Assembly: GCA_963730485.1 (NCBI GenBank)
Contig: CAVSRY010000009.1
Coordinates: 101,941 to 165,940 of the forward strand
Length of the DNA stretch: 64,000 bases
Direction: 5' to 3'
DNA from: an uncultured Acidobacteriota bacterium
Lineage (GTDB): Bacteria; Acidobacteriota; Vicinamibacteria; Vicinamibacterales; SCN-69-37
Shown: piece after piece, positions 53,578 to 63,606 of the stretch
Layout of the letters: every line of letters starts with the position of its first letter
How positions within the stretch are numbered: position 1 is the stretch's first letter
Made by a program: the position numbers and the translations under genes
Notes under the pieces: generated by a model
What the model was told of the DNA's origin: nothing
Seen by the model: only the letters and a program-made list of their open reading frames with translations
Databases searched by the model: none

Positions 53578-55379
53578 GCGAAGTGTCGCAGCACCGCGTC
53601 CGCCGCCTTCGCGCCGACGACCGACGCCAACTCGGCACGGCTCGCGCGCTTGACGCCGGCAACCGATCCGAACGCCGTCAGCAGCTGACGCCGACGTCTC
53701 GCGCCAATGCCCGGGACGTCGTCCAGCTCCGACCGAAAATCACGCATCGTCCGGGCCCGGCGGTGAAACGTGACCGCGAACCGGTGCGCTTCGTCACGAA
53801 TCCGTTGCACGAGGCGGAGCGCGGGCGATTCGGCGGGCAGGGCGATGCCATCGGCCCGGTCCCGCGTGAACAACAGCTCTTCCTCTTTCGCGATGCCGAC
53901 GGCGACCAGACGCTCGAGACCGAGCTCAGCGAGCGCCGCGTAGGCGGCGGACAACTGTCCCTTGCCGCCATCGATCAGAATCAGGTCAGGGAACGGTCCG
54001 CCCTGCGCGAGGAGGCGACGATAGCGCCGCAGGACGACCTCGTGCATCGACCTGAAGTCGTCGGGCGTGACGAGCGAGATGCGAAACTTCCGATACTCGC
54101 TCCGGCGCATTCGTCCCTCGAACGCGACAACCATCGACGCAACGGTCTCGCGGCCCTGGAACGTCGAGATGTCGAAGCACTCGATCCGGCGCGGCAGTGT
54201 CGGCAAGTGCAGCACCTCGCGCAGCGTCTCCAGGGCCTGATAGGCCGTCGTCGCACCCTCACCGAAGTGCGATTGATACGCCAGCGCCGCATTCCGGGCC
54301 GCCAGGTCCACGAGCCCCCGCTTCTCGCCCCGCTGGGGCGTGAGAAGCCGGACACGCCGGCCGGCAGCCGACGACAGCCATGCTTCGATCGCGGCCTGCT
54401 CCTCGTCTTCGAACGGCGACGGAATGTGGACCTCGGGCGGGGCCTGCCGCTCGCCGTAGAACTGCTGGACCGCGGCGGTGAGCACCTCGACGTCGGACCC
54501 GGACAACATGTCGCGGGCCTCGGTCACGAGCTCGATGCGGTCGCAGACGCGGCCGCGCCGCATCTGAAACACCTGGACCACCGCGCCGGCGGTTCCGAGC
54601 TTGATGCCGAACGCGTCGCGGTCGCCCATCGCCGGCGATTCGACCTTGTTGTGCCGGTCCCGAAGCGTCTCGATGGTCTTGATCGCATCCCGCAGGTGCG
54701 CGGCGCGCTCGAACCGCTCGGTCGCGGCCGCCTCGCGCATCTCGTCCGACAGGCCCGAGATCAGCTCGTCCTGCCGTCCTTCGATCAACAGCTGCGCCTG
54801 TTCGGCCGCGCGACGATACTCGTCGAGACTGCAGATCGCCGCGACGCACGGCGCCAGGCAGCGGCCGATGTCGTACTCGAGGCAGGGCCGCGGCCGGTTC
54901 CCGTCGATGACTTCGTTGCACGAACGGATGCCGAAGAGTTTGTGCGCCAGCGACATCGTCCGGCGCGCGACCGCCGCCGGCATGAATGGGCCGGCGTAGA
55001 CGTTCCCATCGCGCTCGACGCGGCGGGCCACGAGCAACCGCGGCGCCGGCTCGGTCATCGTCAACTGCAGGTAGGGATACGTCTTGTCGTCGCGGAGCAG
55101 AATGTTGAACCGCGGGTTGCGCTGCTTGATGAGCCGGTTCTCGAGCGCAAGGGCCTCCACCACCGAATCGGTGACGATCACCTCGACCGCGGACGCGGCA
55201 CCCAGCAGCGCATCGATACGCGGACTGGTCCCGAGCGCCGCCAGGTAGCTGCGCACACGGTCGCGAAGCACGCGGGCTTTGCCGACGTACAGCGTCTCGC
55301 CGGACGCGTTGAGGAACAGATAGACGCCCGGCTGTTGAGGCAGACGGCCGATCTGACCCTTGAGATCGTGAATCGCCAT
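53553..55379 (-). CDS. uvrC: excinuclease ABC subunit C
   Basis: An intact 608-aa ORF with a GIY-YIG domain (GVYLFLNASGETLYVGKARVLRDRVRSY), a UvrBC-binding region and C-terminal HhH (GIGARRRRQLLTAFGS). Confidence 0.93.
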   Translation of the reverse strand: MAIHDLKGQIGRLPQQPGVYLFLNASGETLYVGKARVLRDRVRSYLAALGTSPRIDALLGAASAVEVIVTDSVVEALALENRLIKQRNPRFNILLRDDKTYPYLQLTMTEPAPRLLVARRVERDGNVYAGPFMPAAVARRTMSLAHKLFGIRSCNEVIDGNRPRPCLEYDIGRCLAPCVAAICSLDEYRRAAEQAQLLIEGRQDELISGLSDEMREAAATERFERAAHLRDAIKTIETLRDRHNKVESPAMGDRDAFGIKLGTAGAVVQVFQMRRGRVCDRIELVTEARDMLSGSDVEVLTAAVQQFYGERQAPPEVHIPSPFEDEEQAAIEAWLSSAAGRRVRLLTPQRGEKRGLVDLAARNAALAYQSHFGEGATTAYQALETLREVLHLPTLPRRIECFDISTFQGRETVASMVVAFEGRMRRSEYRKFRISLVTPDDFRSMHEVVLRRYRRLLAQGGPFPDLILIDGGKGQLSAAYAALAELGLERLVAVGIAKEEELLFTRDRADGIALPAESPALRLVQRIRDEAHRFAVTFHRRARTMRDFRSELDDVPGIGARRRRQLLTAFGSVAGVKRASRAELASVVGAKAADAVLRHFAEGLGLKA

Positions 55380-56178
55380 GGACTACGCTGTGGCGGACCT
55401 CGTGACCTTCACTGGCGCCATCGGCCGCGCGTGTAGTTTTCCTCTGCGGCTCATCATCGCCATCTGCGTTGGGCTTCGGATCCACCCAAATGTTCTCACG
55501 TTCACGGGCGTGCTCATCAACGTCGCCGCCGGCTGGGCGCTCGCGATGGGCCACTTCCGCTCGGCCGGCGTGATCATGATCGTCGCGAACATCTTCGACT
55601 TCATCGACGGCAAGGTCGCCGTCGAGACGGGCGAGGTCAGCGAGTTCGGCGGCTTCTGGGACTCGGTGATCGACCGCTTCTCCGACCTCGCACTCTCGGT
55701 CGGTCTCATCTGTCTGTACGCGTCACTCGGCAACACTGATTACGTGCTCATCACGTCCATCGCGATGGTCTTCGCGACGATGACGAGCTACACGCGGGCG
55801 CGCGCCGAGTCGCTCATCGCCAAGTGCAAGGTCGGCTTCATGGAACGGCCCGAGCGCATCGTGCTGTTCATGATCGGCGCGTTCACGAACCGGATGGCCG
55901 CCGTCCTCTGGGTCATCGGCGTCCTCTCGGTCGTGACCGTCGTCAACCGGATTCAGTACACGTATCTCGAGCTGAACAAGCGGCCGCAGCCGCGCCGCTC
56001 CGGTCCGATTGGCTTCTTCGTCCGCGCGTTCTACTGGACCGACGAGCGCGCGACCCTCGCCTACGACCTCTGGGTCATCGCCATCCTGGCGTTCGTGTGG
56101 CTGACCCCGCCCGACTGGCTCAGTGATCCCATGGCTGTCGGAGGGAAGAGCTTCCTGCAGTGGGCCATGGGATGGTGA
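55378..56178 (+). CDS. CDP-alcohol phosphatidyltransferase family protein
   Basis: It has DFIDGKVAVETGEVSEFGGFWDSVIDRFSD (the DG-x2-AR-like..G-x3-D-x3-D motif) and is polytopic. The start is uncertain: ATG 55378 overlaps the uvrC start on the other strand, and GTG alternatives exist at 55390 and 55402. Confidence 0.75.
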   Translation: MDYAVADLVTFTGAIGRACSFPLRLIIAICVGLRIHPNVLTFTGVLINVAAGWALAMGHFRSAGVIMIVANIFDFIDGKVAVETGEVSEFGGFWDSVIDRFSDLALSVGLICLYASLGNTDYVLITSIAMVFATMTSYTRARAESLIAKCKVGFMERPERIVLFMIGAFTNRMAAVLWVIGVLSVVTVVNRIQYTYLELNKRPQPRRSGPIGFFVRAFYWTDERATLAYDLWVIAILAFVWLTPPDWLSDPMAVGGKSFLQWAMGW

Positions 56179-56275
56179 AGGTTAGAGAGTCAGAAGTTAG
56201 AGGTCAGAAGCAACTCGCTGACACTGCCCCGAGCGCCTAGTTGCTTCTGACCTCTGACCTCTGACCTCTGACCTT
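56178..56275. repeat. word-array hairpin, family C variant (GTCAGAG/GTTAGAG)
   Basis: The left arm is AAGGTTAGAGAGTCAGAAGTTAGAGGTCAGAAGCAAC and the loop is 25 nt. The right arm is GTTGCTTCTGACCTCTGACCTCTGACCTCTGACCTT. It lies between convergent stops. Confidence 0.85.
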
Positions 56276-56277
56276 GA

Positions 56278-56841
56278 TCAGGTTCTCCCCAGGTATTCCC
56301 CGGTCTCCGTATTGATCCTGACGACGTCGCCCGTATTGATGAATGACGGCACGTTGACGACGAGTCCCGTCTGCATCGTCGCGGGCTTGATTTGGGCGGA
56401 CGCCGTGGCGCCCTTGATGCCCGGTGCCGTGTCCGCGACCTTCAGATCCACCGTCAACGGCAACTCGATTCCCACCGGCTCCGTCTCGTAGAACTCGACC
56501 TTGATCAAGGTGTCCGGCAGCAAGTAGAGCGCGCCGTCGCCGAGGACTTCCTGCGTGAGATGGATCTGCTCGTAGGACTCCGTGTTCATGAAGTGGAACG
56601 CGTCGCCGTCCTTGTACAGAAACTGCATCTCGTGCTCGTCCAGCGTGGCCCGCTCCACGTCGTCTTCGGCCCGGAACTTGTTGTCCATCAGGCGGCCGGA
56701 TCGGATGTCCCGCATCTTGCAGAGCACGTGGCCGCGCTTGTTGCCGGGGGTGATGTGCTGCAATTCCAGAATGCGGCACAAGTTGTTCTCGTGCTTGATC
56801 AGCATTCCCTTCCGAAGGCGCGTGGCTTGAAGTGAGCTCAT
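56278..56841 (-). CDS. efp: elongation factor P
   Basis: An intact 187-aa ORF with LRKGMLIKHENNLCRILELQHITPGNKRGHV and KPATMQTGLVVNVPSFINTGD. Confidence 0.93.
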   Translation of the reverse strand: MSSLQATRLRKGMLIKHENNLCRILELQHITPGNKRGHVLCKMRDIRSGRLMDNKFRAEDDVERATLDEHEMQFLYKDGDAFHFMNTESYEQIHLTQEVLGDGALYLLPDTLIKVEFYETEPVGIELPLTVDLKVADTAPGIKGATASAQIKPATMQTGLVVNVPSFINTGDVVRINTETGEYLGRT

Positions 56842-56890
56842 AGGTGTTGTCGGTGTCTAGCTGAATCAACTCACCATTTTAGATGGAAAG

Positions 56891-56932
56891 GACATCGGGT
56901 GTCTTCCTTCTCCGGCCAGGACACCCGATGTC
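56891..56932 (+). promoter_or_regulatory. perfect 13-bp inverted repeat in the efp/hsp20 divergent region (hsp20 leader)
   Basis: GACATCGGGTGTC-N16-GACACCCGATGTC is followed by TTGTTTCT. It lies 17 nt upstream of the hsp20 ATG region (SD TAGGATGG). Confidence 0.5.
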
Positions 56933-56948
56933 TTGTTTCTCTAGTAGG

Positions 56949-57347
56949 ATGGGATTGATGCCTTGGGATCCGATGCGCGACCTGCTCACGATGCAGGAGC
57001 GACTCGAGAACCTGTTCGGCCAGGCGACGCCGGGCTGGATACCGCCGGTGGATCTCACCGAGCTCGAGGACCGGTACGTCCTGACGGTCGAACTGCCGGG
57101 CCTCGCTCGCGCGGACGTTCAGGTGGACTACCGCGACCTCGTGCTGACCATCCGGGGCGAACGGCCAGGCGATGCCTGCTGTCCCGAACGCTACCAGCAG
57201 TTCGAACGCGGGCACGGCCCGTTCACCCGATCGTTCCGGTTCGCGGTGCCCATCGCCGACGATCGGATTACGGCGGACCTCGTGAACGGTGTCTTGACGG
57301 TCGTCGCGCCCAAACTCTCACCGCGGCGAATCACGATCGAGACCTGA
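56949..57347 (+). CDS. Hsp20/alpha-crystallin small heat-shock protein
   Basis: It reads MGLMPWDPMRDLLTMQERLENLF..PPVDLTELEDRYVLTVELPGLARADVQVDYRDLVLTIRGER..GPFTRSFRFAVP..ADLVNGVLTVV. Confidence 0.85.
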   Translation: MGLMPWDPMRDLLTMQERLENLFGQATPGWIPPVDLTELEDRYVLTVELPGLARADVQVDYRDLVLTIRGERPGDACCPERYQQFERGHGPFTRSFRFAVPIADDRITADLVNGVLTVVAPKLSPRRITIET

Positions 57348-57351
57348 TGTC

Positions 57352-58515
57352 ATGAACAAGACTGCTGCCGCGCTCTTTCGTCGTCCTGCTCTCGGGCGGG
57401 TTCTTCCTGGGTGGGCTCGCGGTCGCGAGCCGCAACCAGCGCTCCGGCGGATGCCGCGCCAGCCGCGGCACCCGCTGAGGAACAGGCGAAGCCGGTCCCA
57501 GCCGGCTCGCGGCACCGTCGCGCTGCCGGCTGCCGCGACCCTGCCGGATCTTGTCGTCAGTGGCCGAGGCCGCGCTCGACGGCGCCGCCAACATCACGTC
57601 CACGAACGTCGTCCGGCGCGAGGATCCGTGGTCGGCTGTTCTTCGGCGAGCCGCCGTCGATGCAGACCTCTCAGAGCCTTGGTTCGGGCGTCGTCGTTTC
57701 CCCCGATGGTCTGATTCTCACCAACACGCACGTGATCGGCAGCCGCAATGCGCGAGTCAAGGTCACGCTGACGGACGGGCGCGAGCGCGACGCGGAGATC
57801 GTCGGCATCGACGAGCTGAGCGACCTGACGGTGTTGCGCGTGAAGGCGAGCAACCTGCCGACGATCCCCTGGGGCGATTCGAGCAAGCTGCGCGTCGCCG
57901 AGTGGGTGCTCGCGATCGGCAACCCCTTCCAACTGAGCGGAACGGTGACACTCGGGATCATCTCGGCGAAGAGCCGCTCGCAGAGCGGCGGCGTGACGGA
58001 CTTCATTCAGACGGACGCCGCCATCAACTCGGGCAATTCGGGCGGCGCGCTCATCAACGCGCGCGGTGAGCTCGTCGGCATCAACACGATGATTCTCAAT
58101 CCGAGCGGCGGCGGCAATCTCGGCATCGGCTTCGCGATCCCGTCGAACCTCGCGCGCGAGATCATGACCGAGCTCGTCCGGACCGGCTCGGTGCCATGGG
58201 GCTCGATCGGCTACGTGCAGTGGGCGGAGCCCGAGGCCGTCCGCCGCGCCTACGGTGTCGACGTCGCCGGGCCGCTCGTCTATCGGATCGACCCGGCCTC
58301 CGCGGCATATCGCGGCGGCCTGCGCTGCGGCGACGTCCTGCTCAGCGTCAACGAGGCAACGCGTCGAAAGCGTCGAAGAGCTCGAGACGCTCGTCGCCAA
58401 ATCAAAGCCCGGCACGCAGGCGCGCGTTGAGATCGAGCGCGAGAGTAAGCGGGTCAGCCTCACGATTCCGGTCGAGAGCCGGTCGGAGCAGCAGATGCGC
58501 GGCCGAGCGAGATAA
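57352..58515 (+). pseudogene. HtrA/DegP-family serine protease with PDZ domain, at least four frame breaks (probably assembly indels)
   Basis: The core reads GSGVVVSPDGLILTNTHV (His), DLTVLRV (Asp) and TDAAINSGNSGGALIN (Ser). The PDZ tail reads GDVLLSVN and SVEELETLVAKSKPGTQARVEIERESKRVSLTIPV. The N-terminal 100 codons are scattered over three frames. Confidence 0.8.
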
Positions 58516-58590
58516 GCATGAGAACATGTAGACATGTGGTTCATGTAGAAGGCTTTTCTACATGGCCTACACCCTACATGATACATGCTA
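58516..58590. repeat. word-array hairpin, family G (CATGTAG)
   Basis: The left arm is GCATGAGAACATGTAGACATGTGGTTCATGTAGAA and the loop is GGCTT. The right arm is TTCTACATGGCCTACACCCTACATGATACATGCTA. It lies between convergent htrA and mpg. Confidence 0.75.
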
Positions 58591-59196
58591 GCTCTGCCCC
58601 GAGACGGTCTTCCCCACCCAGCAGCATCGCCACTCCCGCTCAGTTCCGACGCGAATACCAATGCGCCTCGATCGCGCCAGCCGGTCCGGCCGGAGGCCGT
58701 GATCTTCGATGGCGAGTGGGCCCGACGTCAGGTCGGCCAGATTCTGACGAAGATCGATGCCGAGGGCGACGGTCAAATTGCCGGGCCCGCGGCAGAGATC
58801 GCCGTTCTCGATCGCACGCGTCCGGCTTTCTGGTCCACGGCGACGCATCCGTCGCCGCCGCATCGCGCCAAGTCCCTCGAGCGGTTCGAGTGCCCGAATC
58901 AGAATCGCCGCCGGAGCGCCTTTCGCTTCGGTCACGGCATTCACCAGATGGTGCATGCCGTAGTTGAAGTAGACGTAGGCACGGCCGGGCGGTCCGTACA
59001 GCGGCCGATTGCGTGACGTCGGGCCCGGCGCCGCGTGGCAGGCCGGGTCGTCTTCGCCGACGTACGCCTCGGCCTCGACGATCACGCCAGCGGTCCGCAC
59101 GCCTCGCACCTCATGCACGAGGACCTTGCCAATGATGTCGTCCAGGACTTCGAGAGTCGGGCGGTCGTAGAAAGACACGGGCAGAACTACTGGCAT
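58588..59196 (-). CDS. mpg: DNA-3-methyladenine glycosylase (Mpg/AAG family)
   Basis: From ATG 59196 the product reads MPVVLPVSFYDRPTLEVLDDIIGKVLVH..VEAEAYVGEDDPACHA..GRAYVYFNYGMHHLVNAV..GPGNLTVALGI. Confidence 0.8.
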   Translation of the reverse strand: MPVVLPVSFYDRPTLEVLDDIIGKVLVHEVRGVRTAGVIVEAEAYVGEDDPACHAAPGPTSRNRPLYGPPGRAYVYFNYGMHHLVNAVTEAKGAPAAILIRALEPLEGLGAMRRRRMRRRGPESRTRAIENGDLCRGPGNLTVALGIDLRQNLADLTSGPLAIEDHGLRPDRLARSRRIGIRVGTEREWRCCWVGKTVSGQS

Positions 59197-59368
59197 TGAT
59201 GAATTGAGATTTGAGATTGCTGATCCATTGATCGATTGCGGATTGGGGATTTCGGATTGACGATTGAGACCTCGGTGACGAACGCCAGACGGTCTCAATC
59301 CCAAATTCTCAATCATCAATCCGCAATCATCAATGGATCATCAATCTCAAATCTCAAATTCATCAATG
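59194..59368. repeat. palindromic word-array element, family E, copy 3
   Basis: The termini are CATTGATGAATTGAGATTTGAG and CTCAAATCTCAAATTCATCAATG, inverted with one indel. The arms extend to GATTGAGACC/GGTCTCAATC around a 19-nt loop. Confidence 0.85.
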
Positions 59369-59373
59369 CCTCA

Positions 59374-60600
59374 TCAGTTGGCCCGCTTCAAGCGAATGAC
59401 CGCCGCATTGGCCGCGCGCTGGACGCGTTCGTCGGGGTCGCGAAGCAGCGGCTGAACGGTCGGGAAGATCCGCGGCGCTGCCGAGGTACCCGATGGCCTG
59501 GACCAGGTCCGCTCGATGCCGCGAGAGAACGGCGACCTTGAACGCCTCATGGACTCCGGGCAGCGCGTCGCGGCCCAACTCGAACAGATAGTCGCGCGCC
59601 TGGGCGGTCCGCTCGTCGTCGGCGAGCATGGACGCGATCGCATGGGACTGGACTGCGGCCGAGGCGGTGGAGCGCAAACGCCGCGGCCAACCGGACGGCC
59701 GGCGCGCGGTCAGTCGTCGCGAGCTGATCGATCGCGTCGACGGAGGCGCGGTCGCCGATGCGGCCGATGCCTTCGGCTGCGGCACGCCGCACCCCAGCGC
59801 TCCGGTCGGCCAGATGCGACTTGAAATAGGCGAGATCGTCGGGCGCCCCGATGCGCGCCAGCGTCAGCGCCAGCCCGTCCACGTTGCGGTTGCCCGCGCG
59901 CGCAATCAAATCGCGGACCTTCGGAAGGGCGCGGTCTTCGCGCACCAAGCCCAGCGCTTCGACGGCAAACTGGCGCACGGACTGGCTCGAGTCGTCCACC
60001 GCCACGAGCAGCCGATCTCCGGCGTCGCGCTGGCGCAACCGGCCGAGCACCCGCGCCGTCGCGGCCCGAATCACGGGATCGTAGTGGTCCAATTCATCGG
60101 TGAGCGCCCGCAACTGGTCTGGCGGCAAGCGGCGCTTCGGCGATGAACCCGAGCGCATGGACCGCATCGAAACGCACGCGCGCGTTTTCGTCCCGGATTG
60201 CCGCAATCAGGACGTCGACGAGCGATGGTGGCGCGGGCACGGCCGTCCGGAGAAGCGGACCACCCTCGAAGGCGAGCTGCGCGCGGCTCTTCGAGCCGCC
60301 GACGCCGAGGATGCGACGATCGCTGAGGCGATCGGAAAGGAAGAACGTCAGCTCCGCGTCGATCGCGGCGGCCTGGACCCGATCGTCGGGATCGCGAACA
60401 AGAGGCGCGAGCGGATCAACGGCGGCGACGTAGCCGGCGCGGCCGAGTCGCTCAACCGCGTCAAGTCTCGTCTCGGCGTTCGGATGCCGAAGATTTCGGA
60501 TGACGTCCTGCCATTGCGGCTGCGCGGCGACGGCGCCGGTGAGCGTCCAGTAAGAAACGGCGGCTGCACACAATTGCACAAGACGCGGGTCACGCCTCAT
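59374..60600 (-). pseudogene. exported HEAT-repeat protein, at least three frame breaks (probably assembly indels)
   Basis: It begins MRRDPRLVQLCAAAVSYWTLTGAVAAQ. It has repeated HEAT-like units (PNAETRLDAVERLGR, DPDDRVQAAAIDA, DENARVRFDAVHALG, YDPVIRAATARVLG, SAGVRRAAAEGIG, DPDERVQRAANAAV). The start overlaps the uvrA 3' end. Confidence 0.7.
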
Positions 60601-63545
60601 GCCTGTCAGCGTACGCATGCTCCCGTCCGGCCGCAAGCACGCGGCCAAGATGCTGTCCGGTGTACGACGACCGCACCGCCGCCACCTGCTCAGGTGTGCC
60701 GACCGCCACGATGTAGCCGCCCGCTTCTCCGCCCTCCGGTCCGAGGTCCACGATCCAGTCCGCGGTCTTCAGCACGTCGAGGTTGTGCTCGATCACCAGC
60801 AGCGTGTGGCCCGCCAGCAGCAGTTTCCGGAACGCCGCGAGCAGCTTGACGATGTCGTCGAAATGAAGGCCGGTCGTGGGCTCGTCGAGCACGTAGAGCA
60901 CCCGATCGCCGCTCTGCGATCCCAGGTGCGAGGCGATCTTGATCCGCTGTGCCTCGCCGCCGGACAGCGTCGTCGCCGGCTGTCCGAGGCGCAGGTAGCC
61001 GAGTCCGATCTCGTCGAGCACCTGGAGCCGGCGCGTGACTTTGACCGCTCCCGCGAAAAAGGTCAGCGCTTCGCGCACCGTCAGGTCGAGCACCTGGTCG
61101 ACGTTCTTCCCTTTGAACTTCACCTCGAGGACTTGCGGCCGGAACCGTTTACCGTCGCACTGGTCGCACGGTACGAAGACGTCGGCGAGAAACTGCATCT
61201 CGACGCGCACGGTGCCTTCGCCCTCGCAGGCTTCGCAGCGGCCGCCCGGCACGTTGAACGAGAAGTGACTGGCCGTGAGCCCGCGGGCCCGCGCGTCCTT
61301 GGTGGCGGCGAACAACTCCCGAATGGGGTCGAACGCCTTGAGATAGGTCACCGGGTTGGACCGGGGGGTGCGGCCGATCGGCTGCTGATCCACCAGCACG
61401 GCGTCGGTCACGAACTCCGCGCCGTCGATCCGCCGGTGCGTGCCGACGCGCCGATCCCAATCCCCCTTCGACCGCTTCACGGCCGCGTAGATGACATCGT
61501 GCACGAGGGTGGACTTCCCCGAGCCGCTCACGCCGGTCACGCACGTCAGCACACCGAGCGGGATCTCGACGTCGATGTCCTTCAGGTTGTGTTCGGACAC
61601 GCCCTTGACGACCAGGCGCTGCGGTCCGGAGCGCCGCCGCACGGCCGGCACGGGAATGGCCAGCTCGTCGCGCAGGTAGCGGGCCGTCAGCGACCGCGCG
61701 TCAGCCAGCAGGCCCTGGAAGGAGCCGGAGTAGATGATGCGGCCGCCCTGCTCGCCCGCGCCGAGACCGAGGTCCACGACCTGGTCGGCGACGCGGATCA
61801 TGTCGGCGTCGTGTTCGACGACGAGGACGGAATTGCCCTGGTCGCGGAGCTGCAGAAGAATCGCGATGAGCCGTTCGTTGTCGCGCGGATGGAGGCCGAT
61901 TGACGGCTCGTCGAGGACGTACAGCGTGTCCACGAGCGCCGACCCGAGCGACGTCGCCAGATTGATGCGCTGCGACTCGCCGCCGGACAACGTCGACGAC
62001 AACCGGTCGAGCGTCAGGTAGTCGAGTCCCACGTCGGTCAGGAAACCCAGCCGGCGGCGGATTTCGTGCAGGATCTTCTCGGCGACGGCCGCATCGTGAT
62101 CGGACAGCGTGAGCCGCTCGAAGAACGCGGCCGCCTCCTTCACGGTCAGCGCGCAGATCGTATCGATCGTCTCTCCGCCCACACGCACGTCACGCGCTTC
62201 GCGCCGGAGCCGCGTGCCTCCGCAGTCGGAACAGGTCAGATAGCCGCGGTAGCGGCTGAGGAACACGCGGACGTGGACCTTGTATTTCTTGCGCTCGAGC
62301 CGGCGGAAGAAACCGCGAACGCCCTCGTACTCTCCTTCGCCCTCCACGATGAAGCGGCGCTCGTCGTCGGTGAGGTCACGCCAGGGCACGTCGAGTCGCA
62401 CCGGCTGTTGCCGGGCTGCGCGACGCAGCTGCGTGAGCGACGATCGATAGTGCGGTTTCGTCCACGGCTCAATCGCGCCGTCGTTGACCGACAGTGCCTG
62501 ATCGGGCACGACGAGGTTCATGTCGAGCTCGATGATGTTGCCGAACCCGTGGCATGTCGGGCACGCGCCAAACGGGTTGTTGAACGAGAACAGTCGCGGC
62601 TCCGGCACCTCGTACGGGATGCCGCACGTGCGGCACTCGAACCGTTCGCTGAACCGATGCGTCGTGACGGGCACTCCGCGCCTCGTCGACTTCGACGGCG
62701 AAGGCCGCACCGTCGCCTTCGTGGAACGCGGTCTCGATCGAGTCGGTCAGGCGCGTCCGCACGTCCGGCGCGACGCGCAGCCGATCGACGACGACGGCGA
62801 CGGACGCGGCGCCGACGAGCACCTCGGGCGCCGGGCCGAGCTCGTCGAACGACATGGCGCGGCCGCCCACGAGCAGGCGGCCAAATCCACGGCGCCTCAA
62901 CGTGTTCAGCGTCGTCGTCAGCGGATCTTCATGCAGCGGAAGGCCGGGGGCGTCCGGCTCTGCGGAGGCCGCGACCTCCTCGTCCGTCGTCGGCTCTTCG
63001 TCCGGCTCCGTGTCCGGACGCGCGGGCGGCGGGGTCAGACTGACGACCGGATAGTCGAAGCCCACGAGCAGGCGGACCCCTTCGGGCAGCGCCAACAGCC
63101 GTGTCGCGACGACCTCAGGCGACTCGCGTTCGACCTCGCGGCCGCATTGCCGGCAGATGGTCCGGCCGATGCGGGCCCAGAGCAGGCGCAGGTAGTCGTG
63201 GATCTCGGTGGTCGTGCCGACGGTCGAGCGCGGATTCCGGATGCTGTTCTTCTGCCGGATGGCAATCGCCGGCGCGATGCCGTCAATGCCGTCGACGTCA
63301 GGTTTCTCCATCCGCTCGAGGAACTGGCGCGCGTAGGCCGACAGCGACTCCACGTAGCGGCGCTGGCCCTCCGCGTAGATCGTGTCGAAGGCAAGCGACG
63401 ACTTGCCCGACCCGCTGACACCCGTGAAGACCACCAGGGTGCGGTGGGTCAGCGTCAGGTCAACGCCCTTGAGGTTGTGGGTGCGGGCGCCCCGAACGAC
63501 GAGCGTGCCGGCCGGGTGGTCCGCCGACACCGTGGATTCCGACAT
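60590..63545 (-). CDS. uvrA: excinuclease ABC subunit A (one frame break near 62685)
   Basis: From ATG 63545 the product reads GVSGSGKSSLAFDTIYAEGQRRYVESLSAYARQF. After the break it reads HRFSERFECRTCGIPYE..CPTCHGFG, with two ABC signatures (LSGGESQRINLAT, LSGGEAQRIKIAS). Confidence 0.92.
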
Positions 63546-63606
63546 GGTGTCTACAGTGCGATGTCCAGGCTGGGATGCAAACAGACATCGTAGCACCCGG
63601 ACACGA

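Noticed and set aside
59194-59368. MITE or other non-autonomous transposon explanation for the family E palindromes.
   Set aside because: The terminal inverted repeats are suggestive. However, I see no target-site duplications at the three copies and no transposase or RAYT gene in the window. The arms are internally periodic, which points to slippage rather than a transposon end. The explanation is not excluded, only unsupported here.
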